Origin: an uncultured Methanosarcinales archaeon
GTDB taxonomy: Archaea > Nanobdellota > Nanobdellia > Woesearchaeales > CAXGTL01
Direction: 5' to 3'
DNA length: 34,687 bases
Assembly: GCA_964535955.1 (NCBI GenBank)
Contig: CAZHVK010000014.1
Coordinates: 1-34,687, forward strand
The notes under the pieces are model-generated. The model was given only the letters and a program-made list of their open reading frames with translations. It did not search any database and was not told where the DNA came from. The translations under genes were made by a program, and so were the position numbers. Positions 9,001-18,405 of the stretch are shown piece by piece (the stretch's first letter is position 1; each line of letters starts with the position of its first letter).

Positions 9001-12000
9001 TTAAGTTAGAAGATCCTGAAGAATTGGTTGACGATGTTTCTGGTGATCCTCCATTAGAAATCCCTTTAGAAACACAGATAAGTTTTACAATCACTACTGA
9101 TGAACCTTCAAGATGTAAATATGATACAGAGGATAAATCATATGAAGATATGAGAAACACATTAACAGCAACATTTGTAATGAGTCATACAAAGATCTTT
9201 AATTCACTGCTTTATGATCAGGATAATAATTTTTATATAAGATGTGAAGATGAGATTGGTAATTTTAATACTGTTTCTTATAAAGCTGTGATCAACCTTG
9301 GACCAGCACCAGAAGTAGTTGAACAAACATTGTTTTGTGAAATAGGTAGTTCTGTAGAAATTGGTACTGATTCTATTTCATTTGAGTTTACAACTGATGA
9401 AGATTCTATTTGTAAGTATAGTGATGATGAAAATAAAGATTATGATGATAATGAAATGATTGATATTGACGAGGATTATGTTACAGATCATACTATGCAA
9501 CTTGATAATCTTAAATATAATCTAAATTACAAATTCTATGTCAAATGTAAAGATGATGTTGGAAATATTAATATTGATCCATATATTGTTGAGATTGATC
9601 TTGGTGAAGATCCTGAAGGTCAAGGTATTAGTGTGTTCCATATATCTGATCTTGTGAATGCGCAGGCAGAGTTAGCTAGCGAACAAAATTATGATTGGCA
9701 TGTTTATTGTAGAAGCAAGGTTGGTGAACTTTCTATTGATTGTGCTGATCCTGAAATTGATCCTGAACAAATTGTTGTAAGATTGTCTGATACAACAAAT
9801 GCTCATGTTGAGCAAGGTGATCAGAATAATTATGCTAATGATGTTTGTCTGTCTAATACTGATGATAGTTATGAAGTTGATTGTATGTATTCACAAGCAC
9901 CTTGTGCTGAAGGATATACATGTGTTGCTTCTTTGTCAAGTGTGATAAGTGCTCATGTGTCTAGCTGTGCTGTTGCTGATAAATATTCTCATAATATTTG
10001 TTGTAAACAAAGGGAAGAGATTATTGATTGTAGTTTATTGACTGATAATGATGTTTGTGATACTTATTGTATTTATGAAGATCCTGAATGTGTGCATGAA
10101 CATCAATGGCCAATTGGAATTTATGAACCATATTGTTGTAATATAGGTGATGAAGTAAAGACAGGTGATGATTGTATGCCTGGTGGTGTTGCAGAGCCTC
10201 ATATCAATTGTGAAACAGAACAAGTGATGACTGATCCGCATTTACACACATTCGAGATACAGTTTGAACATATAATGATTGAATCTGGTACTATAAGTTG
10301 TGACATTGATACAAGGGATGGAAGTGATCTTTTAGTTCCATTGACTGTTTCAGAAGAATTTGATACAATGCCTGTAGATGGGAAAATTGAATTAAGTTAT
10401 ACTCTAAAAAACACAGACAACATAGACAGGACAAAGCCTTGGATAATAAAGTCTTGCTCAATTGAAACAGAAGATACAAGGTTTAAAGAAATGTTTGATG
10501 AAAAGTTTGCAGATCTTGATGAAAAAGTTTATGTGCATGGGAATACATGGACTGGGTTGATTAATACTGATGATGATGCGTACAGAGCATATTATTGTTA
10601 TTATAACACTCCTGGAAAATATTTTGATAATGATGTAAAATGTGATTGGGTGGGTGATTTAGTTTTTGCTAAAGCAAAAAGCAAGAAGTTTGGTGCTGTT
10701 GAAATAATCTGTGATGATGAAGTAGATAATGATGGAACAGGTGATGGTGCTGACTGTGCTGATTCTAATTGTCATGGAATAGCAGTCCCAATATGTCCAA
10801 TAGATGGTGATGGAAAAAATATTTATTCTAGTATTCATCCAAAGCTTTCTTCAGATTCAGATGATGAGATTACATTAAGTTCTGATTTTGCTGATGATAG
10901 TGACATGTTATCACTTGTAACTGGATTATTTTCAAAAGTAACTGGTGAAGCTGTTGCACCTATTGGTTCTGTTTGTAAAGGAAATATTTGTGAAGGTACT
11001 TTGTCTGATTCAAATATTAAAATTTGGTATACTCAACATGTTAATACTGTTAATGGAATATTTAAGATGAGGTTTGATTTAGGAATTGTTGATTCTGGTT
11101 CTGATACTAGTACTACGATTGGTAATCTTCCTTCTCCTCCTCAGCCTGTTTATGGTCTAGAGGTTGGTCCTTTAAAATATGGGTTGACTGGGAGAACAGA
11201 AAATCTTGATTCTTTTATAACAACTGCAAAAGTTGATGGACATGTTGATCAAGTAATGTCTGCATTATTTACAAGTGTTGCAGATGGTATAACAGTTGTT
11301 GATGCAAGTGCAATTGTTGGTGGTGATCCTATTCAAGATAAAGAAAACATAAAGTTTTATGCTGATACTAGTGCTCCTGTTAATAATGATGAATCTGATT
11401 CTAATGTCTATTCAGACCCTGTTGACAATGATTATTATCTGTATGGAACGATTGGTGATGATGGTGATAATATAGGGCAGAATCAAAATAATCCTTGTAA
11501 TGATGGTATTGATAATGATTTAGATTACAAACCTGATTGTAAAGATCCTAATTGTTATGGCGAAGTTATTGGAAAGACAGCTGAAATAATTGGTGGTGAA
11601 ATAACATTGCATGATGATATAAAATGTGAAGCAGCAGAAACAACTTGTTGGGATGGTTATGATAATGATCATGATGGTTTGGTTGATTGTGCTGATGAAG
11701 ATTGTGATGGAAAGATTGGTGCTTATGTTTATAATAATATTCCTCAGAAATTTAAAAAGACTGGTTATGATTCTGTTGTTGTTTGTGAAAAACCAGAAGG
11801 AAGTAATAATGATAAAGAGACTGCACCTTATTATGATGAAGGAATATTGGATAGTGATACAAGGTTAGGTAGTTGTTCTGATAAGTTTGATAATGATGCT
11901 GATAATAATCCTTGGAATGAAATAACTTGTGAAGATGTTGATGAATGTATAGAACGAAACATTGATTGTTATGATCTATTTAGTTGTTGGGGTAAGGGCG

Positions 12001-15000
12001 ATGATAGTGCTCCATGTCCTCTAAAAGAAACAATCTGTGATGATGGTGTTGATAATGATTTTGATTATAGAATAGGTACTGGTGCTGTAAGGTTTGGTAG
12101 TGCAGATAATTGGTTAGGTATTGATAATTATAAACCATATGGATTTGGACCATTTAGTATATACTTTACTGGAACTGATAATGGTGCTGATTGTTTTGAT
12201 TATGATTGTAAAGGAAAAGGTAGTTGTCCTCTTACTGAATCTGTTGATCATGCTAATTGTTTTGATGGGTATGATAATGATCTTGATGCTTATGTGTGGA
12301 GTGATACTGATAATAATTATGTCAAGAATCCTGATTCAAAAGCTGGTATTGATTGCCAAGATTTTGATTGTCTGAATGTTGAAAATCCTAATAAGCCAGG
12401 TGAAAAATGTTATCCATCTGAATTTAATTTGTTTGCATGGGATGTATGTAAAGATGGTGTTGATAATGATTATGATGATTTACCAAATAATGATGGGAGT
12501 AAGACAGATGGTAGAGATAATATTAATGAAGGTGTAGAAGGTGCTGGTGTAGATTGTTATCATAGAACAGATTATTGTGGTGTTCCTGGTTATCCTGGAT
12601 TGTCTGTTCATGAAAATATAAATGTGTTTGCATGTGCTGATAAAAGTGCTAGTGGTAATGATATTGATAATGATTTAATTGATGGTGCTAATTGTGCTGA
12701 TCATGGTGATTGTGATAATATGTTGGGTAGTTATTCTGGTGCAAGATGTGTTGCTGATGGTGATGAAACAGGTGGTTATTGTGGTGATGGTTTAGATAAT
12801 GATGCTGATGGTAAAACTGATTGTGAAGATGCAGATTGTCATAATGATGCTGATGATAAAGGGTCAAGAGGACAAACTTGTGTTTTAAATGAAGCTAGTG
12901 ATACTTATTGTTCAGATGGTTATGATAATGATGCTGATGGTCATGTTGATTGTCTTGATATTGATTGTTATGCTGTATTTGTGTGTGATAGTGAAAAAGA
13001 TTGGAGTAATGCTGATTGTTTAAGTGTTCCTTATGTTGTGAATGGTGATGTTGGTGTTGGTGGTTCTGTCTCATTTAATCATCAAGAAAGATTGCACATG
13101 GATGATAATTATGCACTTAGTCTGTCTGGTTCAAAAGCACCTAATAATTATGATGAATTGACAATCTTTGTAGGAGAAAATGATGTTGCATGGGGTAAAA
13201 GGTTTCCTTATGATACAAGTACATGTAGTTTACAAGGAACTAATGCTGATTATTTTATATTTACTAAGGAAACTTATATGCTTGCTTTAGAAAAAGTATC
13301 TAGTGCAAGTTTTGATTCATTTGATGTTGAGATTGTTTGCACTGGTATTGATCAAGTTACTGAAGAAAGGTCATATGTTGTTGATGTGAGTGCAACTTCT
13401 ATGATTGGGTTAATTGAAGAAGCTGAATCAAAAAGTGTTGAGTTAAAAACACAAGTCTATGAAAACACACCACCAATTATCTCTGACATACATGTTAGTG
13501 GTTTAGATATTGCAACAAATACTGTTGAATTAGTGTATGAAGATAAGTTAGAATTTAGAGGCTTGCCTAATGCTGATGGATCAGGAATCTGTGGTTGTGA
13601 ATTTACTGGTGATATAACAGAAGATGATACTGGTGTTCCTACAGGTGGTAATTGCATAACTTCTATGGAGATAACAAAAGATTATCCTGCTGGTATTCTT
13701 CCTGATGGAGAATTTAAGATCAATGCAAGAGCAACAGACGGTGCTGGTAATATTGGTGGATTAAAAGAAAAATCATTTAATATAATTGTCAAGCCAAAAG
13801 AAATAACAGAGAATTATGAATTAGGTAGAATATTTTATAATTCTGCTGATTATACTAATGTTGATGTTGGTGAGTTTAAATTTATAACAGCAACAAATAG
13901 AGAATTTAAACCTGATTGTAAGTTTAATATTAAAAAACCTGATGGAACACTAGTAAAAACATATGATGAAACAGGAACAGTTACAAATAATGAACTTAGT
14001 TGTACTAAAACTTTGGATTTGGTTGATGTTGGTGTTGCTGCACAAGATGGTATGTATTTAGTAAATGTTGAGGTAAGTGATAAAGATAAACCAGAATTCA
14101 TAATTAATTCAAAACCAAAGATCTTCTTTGTGTGTAATAATGAAAATAGTAAAGATGAAGAAAATGGACTTTGGGATTGTCAATATCTTGACATGGACAA
14201 TGATGGTGTGCCTGAAGGATTGACTACAACTATTTATGATCCTGATGGTGTTATAGAATTACCATGTGATAATTGTCCTGAAGATCCTAATCCTGAGCAA
14301 GGTGATTGGAATGCAAATGGTTTGGGTGATGTTTGTGATTGTGGATATGACAATATAGCAACTGACGGAGAATGTGATGAAGCTTGTGAAGCTTATGATC
14401 CTGACTGTGGTTGTCATGTTGAAGAAGAACCTTGTTATGAAGGTTATGATTTAAAGTGTCCGGGACCAGATTCAACTGTAGAAGAAGGCTGCTCATCAGA
14501 ACTTATTTGTAATTCTGATGGCATATGCGATTCTAATCAAAAAGAAACATGTGCTTGTGTTGATTGTTATACTAAAGCTAATCCAGATGATCATTTACCT
14601 AATGATGCATGTGTAAAAGGATTGGTTTGTAATCCTATCCTCATTGGTGAATGTATGTGTGATTCTATTTCAGATGGTTTTTGTCCAACAAATACAAAAG
14701 ATTTTGAATATTGTAGTACAATTCCTGATGGTGAAACTTTACCACGTGATCCTGATTGTTTAATAAAACCAGTTAGAATAATATATCCTGGTGGTGATCC
14801 TGATAAAGAAGATATTGTTACAGGCCCTGACAAAGTAATAATTCATTGGGCAAAAGATGTGCAAGATCTTGATCATAAGATTTATTTTGATCTTGATTAT
14901 ACTGATAATGCAGGTTCTGAAGATGAATGGCATGAAATAGTAAATGGTGCTGAAGCTGTTCCTGCAACTAAAAGAGATGATGATAATTATATTTATTATG

Positions 15001-15944
15001 AACTTGATATTTCAGATCCAACTAAGTTTCCTAATCTTAATAAAAAATATCAAATCAAGATTACACCTAGGTTAATGTCAGGTGATACTGTTCTTCAGTC
15101 TGGGAATGAGATAAAATCTGCTGTGTTTAGTATTTGTAGGCTGGAGGATTCAAAGATTAGGGTAAAAGTATTAGATAGACTTGATAATGATAAACTTCTT
15201 GTTGGAGCCAATGTTAAAATAATAAGTGAAAAAGATCCAACAAATATTGTTGAAGGTGATATAAGGGCTAGTGATACTGGTGGAAGATTATTTGAAGGAC
15301 TTAATCCTAAAGAAAATTATAATATAGAAGTTACACCTCCTGGTACTCCTACTTATACTAATTACCAAAAACAGTCTAGAACAATAACAACAGAATATTG
15401 TAAAGAAAATTTACCAATATTTAAATTAGATAAATGTGGTGATGGAACTTGTGTTAAGGCTGAAGGTGAATATTGTACTAATTGTGAAGATTGTGATTGT
15501 GTAGTAGATGAATCACAAGATCAATATTGTGATCCAGGAGACCTAACTGTTAGTCCTCCTGTTGTTCCTTCTTGTAAAGATAAACCTAGTGGACCATGCC
15601 CTATTGGTATTAATTATTGTTGGGGTAGTACTGGTGAGTGCGATGCTTCAGAAGGTTGTTGTTGTGAAGATTGTTATGATAAAGGATTAGTTAATAAGCC
15701 ATGGAAATTTTGTGATTATGATGAAGAAACAGATACTGTAGAAGAAATTTGTGCATGTTATCTAGATTGTGATTCAGTAGCTAATGATAATTTAAAAACA
15801 GAATGTGAAAATTGTCAACAAGGTTGTGCTCAATCACAAGAAGCAAAGATCAATGTTGATCTGGCTGAAAACATAATAACAACTACAAAGATTGTTACAT
15901 ATAAAGGAAAACCAGTAAAAATGAAGATTGTTGTCTGGAATTAA
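6009..15944 (+). CDS. Giant (3311 aa) secreted Cys/Asp-rich mosaic adhesin-like protein
   Basis: Uninterrupted 9.9-kb ORF; signal peptide; N-terminal EF.VN...Q..P.IAM..NG.F.VVW repeats; MopE-like motif; two TTDE.S.CKY Ig-like repeats; three S....AH/NAQ repeats; many C.DG.DND.D...DC.D.DC repeats; TSP3-like CDNCP..NP.Q.D.N.NG.GDVCD; carboxypeptidase-regulatory-like domain; no C-terminal TM helix. Confidence 0.92.
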   Translation: MKINKKIVWMWMVILVVLSGFVFTITSGQEFQVDEFSGGESDPVIWMDSDGNFVVTWVSDDQDDDKYGVYSKRFDSNGGELSPGTNIIIDNPETDQATGNEFRVNTHHKWNQWWPEIAISSNGNFIVVFQGQDINSVYSTGISSGILAKRYDSNGQELTPPSGITLSPAPSGTVNNNKEFVINSYTSYDQLFPDIAMDTNGNFVVVWQSNSQDGDYTGVYAKRYNSNGQELNPGSNAITSTAQGKEFRVNTQNTNDQEKPKIAMAPNGDFVIVWESYNQDGGGDGIYAKRYYADGREKTPPSGVTRGEGNEFLVNTKTSGNQRSPIIGIAPNGDFIIVWDNTYAKMYYADGREKTPPAGSEIVQGNEFKLSAKKIAFDSQGNFITISTKLFDKPTGGQAQYIVAQRYDANGDKVGAEIKVNNDPISWSATGWGLDVTMESLNDFTIVWEYPQGGIFVNKYVLNQNPGTPCGDDIVCTSGICDEHCCSSECPEDGWHCDGDFAERREYFCDSSGACDYTFSSRTDCNQNDQASGGYFCSDGDIKQNYKDGYCDDSINYCKTQDTQILIDDCDSDTATDTDSGKDYTTGGSCINKEPCTYHTTCPNPVTTPDNCISTNTLYERFVLNNDCSFESFQCSTLNSCSGDCPGCVYNEYSCFNTNEDYCKPEAKDPDTDSSYCNSCLGDNKWDVGGDISSGCCGDDSSEFYSPNKCDGVGVDVNACCDNENDFVNKDGQCVEQCCECEIDGQCHPTETGKRCNGCDYIGVNDIPVELTCDGIDEDCDGNFDEGVINTYYQDNDDDNYGDPVADPLTSCGVIPSSSYSRNNMDCNDADEDIYPNAPEECDGKDNDCNSETPDICAPEMGSVIIQEDVDKVIILQEDTFKILPGSKVTIIPQAVADNNGDTLSMYCKLDVDGDYVPVPVDKCSGDVAYSETEGYSDLECVDFSISGDDGNHELSCKLYDNQLYSETQTVSIIIDSAQPEIQDYVSAPDGLTVSKLVKLEDPEELVDDVSGDPPLEIPLETQISFTITTDEPSRCKYDTEDKSYEDMRNTLTATFVMSHTKIFNSLLYDQDNNFYIRCEDEIGNFNTVSYKAVINLGPAPEVVEQTLFCEIGSSVEIGTDSISFEFTTDEDSICKYSDDENKDYDDNEMIDIDEDYVTDHTMQLDNLKYNLNYKFYVKCKDDVGNINIDPYIVEIDLGEDPEGQGISVFHISDLVNAQAELASEQNYDWHVYCRSKVGELSIDCADPEIDPEQIVVRLSDTTNAHVEQGDQNNYANDVCLSNTDDSYEVDCMYSQAPCAEGYTCVASLSSVISAHVSSCAVADKYSHNICCKQREEIIDCSLLTDNDVCDTYCIYEDPECVHEHQWPIGIYEPYCCNIGDEVKTGDDCMPGGVAEPHINCETEQVMTDPHLHTFEIQFEHIMIESGTISCDIDTRDGSDLLVPLTVSEEFDTMPVDGKIELSYTLKNTDNIDRTKPWIIKSCSIETEDTRFKEMFDEKFADLDEKVYVHGNTWTGLINTDDDAYRAYYCYYNTPGKYFDNDVKCDWVGDLVFAKAKSKKFGAVEIICDDEVDNDGTGDGADCADSNCHGIAVPICPIDGDGKNIYSSIHPKLSSDSDDEITLSSDFADDSDMLSLVTGLFSKVTGEAVAPIGSVCKGNICEGTLSDSNIKIWYTQHVNTVNGIFKMRFDLGIVDSGSDTSTTIGNLPSPPQPVYGLEVGPLKYGLTGRTENLDSFITTAKVDGHVDQVMSALFTSVADGITVVDASAIVGGDPIQDKENIKFYADTSAPVNNDESDSNVYSDPVDNDYYLYGTIGDDGDNIGQNQNNPCNDGIDNDLDYKPDCKDPNCYGEVIGKTAEIIGGEITLHDDIKCEAAETTCWDGYDNDHDGLVDCADEDCDGKIGAYVYNNIPQKFKKTGYDSVVVCEKPEGSNNDKETAPYYDEGILDSDTRLGSCSDKFDNDADNNPWNEITCEDVDECIERNIDCYDLFSCWGKGDDSAPCPLKETICDDGVDNDFDYRIGTGAVRFGSADNWLGIDNYKPYGFGPFSIYFTGTDNGADCFDYDCKGKGSCPLTESVDHANCFDGYDNDLDAYVWSDTDNNYVKNPDSKAGIDCQDFDCLNVENPNKPGEKCYPSEFNLFAWDVCKDGVDNDYDDLPNNDGSKTDGRDNINEGVEGAGVDCYHRTDYCGVPGYPGLSVHENINVFACADKSASGNDIDNDLIDGANCADHGDCDNMLGSYSGARCVADGDETGGYCGDGLDNDADGKTDCEDADCHNDADDKGSRGQTCVLNEASDTYCSDGYDNDADGHVDCLDIDCYAVFVCDSEKDWSNADCLSVPYVVNGDVGVGGSVSFNHQERLHMDDNYALSLSGSKAPNNYDELTIFVGENDVAWGKRFPYDTSTCSLQGTNADYFIFTKETYMLALEKVSSASFDSFDVEIVCTGIDQVTEERSYVVDVSATSMIGLIEEAESKSVELKTQVYENTPPIISDIHVSGLDIATNTVELVYEDKLEFRGLPNADGSGICGCEFTGDITEDDTGVPTGGNCITSMEITKDYPAGILPDGEFKINARATDGAGNIGGLKEKSFNIIVKPKEITENYELGRIFYNSADYTNVDVGEFKFITATNREFKPDCKFNIKKPDGTLVKTYDETGTVTNNELSCTKTLDLVDVGVAAQDGMYLVNVEVSDKDKPEFIINSKPKIFFVCNNENSKDEENGLWDCQYLDMDNDGVPEGLTTTIYDPDGVIELPCDNCPEDPNPEQGDWNANGLGDVCDCGYDNIATDGECDEACEAYDPDCGCHVEEEPCYEGYDLKCPGPDSTVEEGCSSELICNSDGICDSNQKETCACVDCYTKANPDDHLPNDACVKGLVCNPILIGECMCDSISDGFCPTNTKDFEYCSTIPDGETLPRDPDCLIKPVRIIYPGGDPDKEDIVTGPDKVIIHWAKDVQDLDHKIYFDLDYTDNAGSEDEWHEIVNGAEAVPATKRDDDNYIYYELDISDPTKFPNLNKKYQIKITPRLMSGDTVLQSGNEIKSAVFSICRLEDSKIRVKVLDRLDNDKLLVGANVKIISEKDPTNIVEGDIRASDTGGRLFEGLNPKENYNIEVTPPGTPTYTNYQKQSRTITTEYCKENLPIFKLDKCGDGTCVKAEGEYCTNCEDCDCVVDESQDQYCDPGDLTVSPPVVPSCKDKPSGPCPIGINYCWGSTGECDASEGCCCEDCYDKGLVNKPWKFCDYDEETDTVEEICACYLDCDSVANDNLKTECENCQQGCAQSQEAKINVDLAENIITTTKIVTYKGKPVKMKIVVWN

Positions 15945-15945
15945 A

Positions 15946-16566
15946 ATGATAACTAAAAAGAGATTAAGTATAAAGAGATTAGGTAGAAACAGAAAGTATT
16001 TAGGTAGAAATAAAGGATATTTTTTTTCTATAGATGCTGTTACTGCTGTTGGAATTCTATTGATTGGTATTTTTCTTGTCTTTTATATTATTTCATCAGA
16101 GCCAATGGAAACGCCTGCTTATCATTTGTCAGAAGATATTATCAATGTTTTATCAAAGACAGAGATAAGTAATTTGAGTGAGGTTGATTATTTCAAATAT
16201 AAAAATGATTATCCTGAAGTTTATAATTTGATCAAGAATAAAGAAACAGATAATACAGTGCTTGAACAAGTTGGTGAATATTATTATGACTATTCTAAGA
16301 CTCCTCCTAGATTCAATTCTAAAATAAAAGCTAAAGATCTTGTTCATGTTATGGTAAAAGGTCTTATTCCTAATCAATATAGATTTACTTTAAGAATTGT
16401 AAAACCAGGTGGTACTTTTGAAGAAATTTATACAAAGCAAAGTGATATTACTCTTATTGCAGATGATGCAGAAGTTAGAATTGCAATCAAGAAAATGGTT
16501 TTTGGTCAAACAAAAGAGAATGATGTTTGGGGGCCGTATGTTGTTGAAGCTGTTGTATGGAGATAA
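15946..16566 (+). CDS. Pilin-like protein with class III signal peptide
   Basis: Basic leader then NKG|YFFSID and a hydrophobic helix; ATG 1 nt after the giant gene's stop; C-terminus GPYVVEAVVWR. Confidence 0.82.
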   Translation: MITKKRLSIKRLGRNRKYLGRNKGYFFSIDAVTAVGILLIGIFLVFYIISSEPMETPAYHLSEDIINVLSKTEISNLSEVDYFKYKNDYPEVYNLIKNKETDNTVLEQVGEYYYDYSKTPPRFNSKIKAKDLVHVMVKGLIPNQYRFTLRIVKPGGTFEEIYTKQSDITLIADDAEVRIAIKKMVFGQTKENDVWGPYVVEAVVWR

Positions 16567-16569
16567 AAA

Positions 16570-17781
16570 GTGTATAAAATAAAGAACAAAATAAAAAAGA
16601 AGGTTAGTCAAAGGAATCTCGGTAAGAAAGGAATGTTTTTGTCTTTGATAGCTTTGCTAGTTGTGATGATGTTTGTGTTTATGATAACTCTGCAAAATAT
16701 GTCTGTTGCATCTGCTTATAAAGATGAAGTTGTAAAGACAAGGGTTAATATTGTTGATGATTATATTAAATCATTGTTTGAAGTTTATATTCCAACTGCT
16801 GCTGAGATTGCTACTTATAATGCTTTAGATTATATTGCTACACATAGCTGGACAATAAGAAGCAGTGATGGTACTACTATTATTGAACAAGGTCCTGTAA
16901 ACTATGGTAATTTGGATGATGATTTTGTACAAGGAATCCCTTTTGATTCTGTTGATCGTTGGAATTTGATTAGGTTTGGATATTATACAATAGGATCAGA
17001 TAAGGTGTATGCAGAAGAATTAGAAAAAGGATTTCTACAACTTTGGATTGATCAAATAGAAGATATTTCAAATCAATATCTTGGTTTTGAAAATATTGAA
17101 ATTACTCTTATTCCACATGAAAATGGACAAAATATCAAACTAACACAGCAAGATCCTTGGAATATTAATGTATCATTTAATGTACAATTAGATATTGATG
17201 CTGGACTTGCAGAATGGCACACTACAAAACTGATTGAAACAAAAGTCAGCATCATTGGTTTACATGATAAAATGGTTATTGATGAGTGGGTTAAAAAAGA
17301 TTATATTTCAAAAAACAAACCTTCTGTTTATGTTCCTGATCCAGACTTAATAAATGCTCTTCCTAAAATAGAAATGACTGAAAATGAATTATCATTTGAT
17401 TGGAAAAAGAGTGATGATAAAAGTCTTGAAAGATTAGGAGAAATAAATACAGAACCTAGACAATATTATACTCATTATCCAAAGTCAAGCAGTTATTTGC
17501 AAAGATTAAAAGGTGATCCTATTTTACAATCTGAATGTTGTGGAATTACATCATTTATTGATCAGATTGCTGAGGATGTTAATGTTTGTTCTCCTCCTGA
17601 GAGTTTTTTAGGTTATTGTTATTATAATGGTTATACAGATGAAGATAGTGGTTGCGGGCCTAATTTTTTATATTGTCCTAGTGGTTCACCAAGTATGATA
17701 ATCTCAGTATTACAAGCAAAGTTTTTTAATGTAGATGGAAAGTGTGCATCAAGTCTTTCTGAGGATGTTACATGTAATTAA
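16570..17781 (+). CDS. Large pilin-like protein with class III signal peptide and Cys-rich C-terminus
   Basis: Basic leader then KKG|MFLSL and a hydrophobic helix; SYLQRL.G...SECCGI.S motif; tightly packed in the operon. Confidence 0.78.
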   Translation: MYKIKNKIKKKVSQRNLGKKGMFLSLIALLVVMMFVFMITLQNMSVASAYKDEVVKTRVNIVDDYIKSLFEVYIPTAAEIATYNALDYIATHSWTIRSSDGTTIIEQGPVNYGNLDDDFVQGIPFDSVDRWNLIRFGYYTIGSDKVYAEELEKGFLQLWIDQIEDISNQYLGFENIEITLIPHENGQNIKLTQQDPWNINVSFNVQLDIDAGLAEWHTTKLIETKVSIIGLHDKMVIDEWVKKDYISKNKPSVYVPDPDLINALPKIEMTENELSFDWKKSDDKSLERLGEINTEPRQYYTHYPKSSSYLQRLKGDPILQSECCGITSFIDQIAEDVNVCSPPESFLGYCYYNGYTDEDSGCGPNFLYCPSGSPSMIISVLQAKFFNVDGKCASSLSEDVTCN

Positions 17782-17787
17782 TAAAAA

Positions 17788-18300
17788 ATGACAAAAACAT
17801 ATTATGACAAAATTTCTAAAGGTTATGATAGGTTGCATGGTGAAGAACAAAGAAACAAATTAAAAATAATAAAAGAAAATCTACAAAAAAATAAAATCAA
17901 AATAAATAAAAACACAAAACTTCTAGATGTTGGTTGCGGCACTGGACTTAGTTCTGATTTTAAATGCAAGGTTGTTGGTATTGATCCTTCTATTGAACTG
18001 TTAAAGATTGCTAAGCATAATTACAAAGGTGATAAAAGTAAAAGTTTTATCAAAGCATTTGCTGAGAAATTACCATTTGAAGATAAGAGTTTTGATATTG
18101 TTATAAGTATGACAGCAATACATAATTTTTCTAACATAGAAAAAGGAATCAAGGAAATGAAAAGAGTAGGTAAAAAAGTGTTTGTGATAAGTGTTTTAAA
18201 AAAAAGTAAGAAATTGCCTAAGATCGATAAGTTAATCAAAAAATATTTCAAGATAAAGCACAGGATAGAAGAAGACAAAGATGTTATCTATTTTCTATAA
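17788..18300 (+). CDS. Class I SAM-dependent methyltransferase
   Basis: LLDVGCGTG motif I, GID, AEKLPFEDKSFDIV. Confidence 0.92.
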   Translation: MTKTYYDKISKGYDRLHGEEQRNKLKIIKENLQKNKIKINKNTKLLDVGCGTGLSSDFKCKVVGIDPSIELLKIAKHNYKGDKSKSFIKAFAEKLPFEDKSFDIVISMTAIHNFSNIEKGIKEMKRVGKKVFVISVLKKSKKLPKIDKLIKKYFKIKHRIEEDKDVIYFL

Positions 18301-18405
18301 TAATAATCTTTATATATAATTAGGTTAAATTCATATATATAAATAAGATAATCTCTTATATAAATTGATTGTAATTATATAAATAAATTAAATAAGGTGA
18401 TAATA

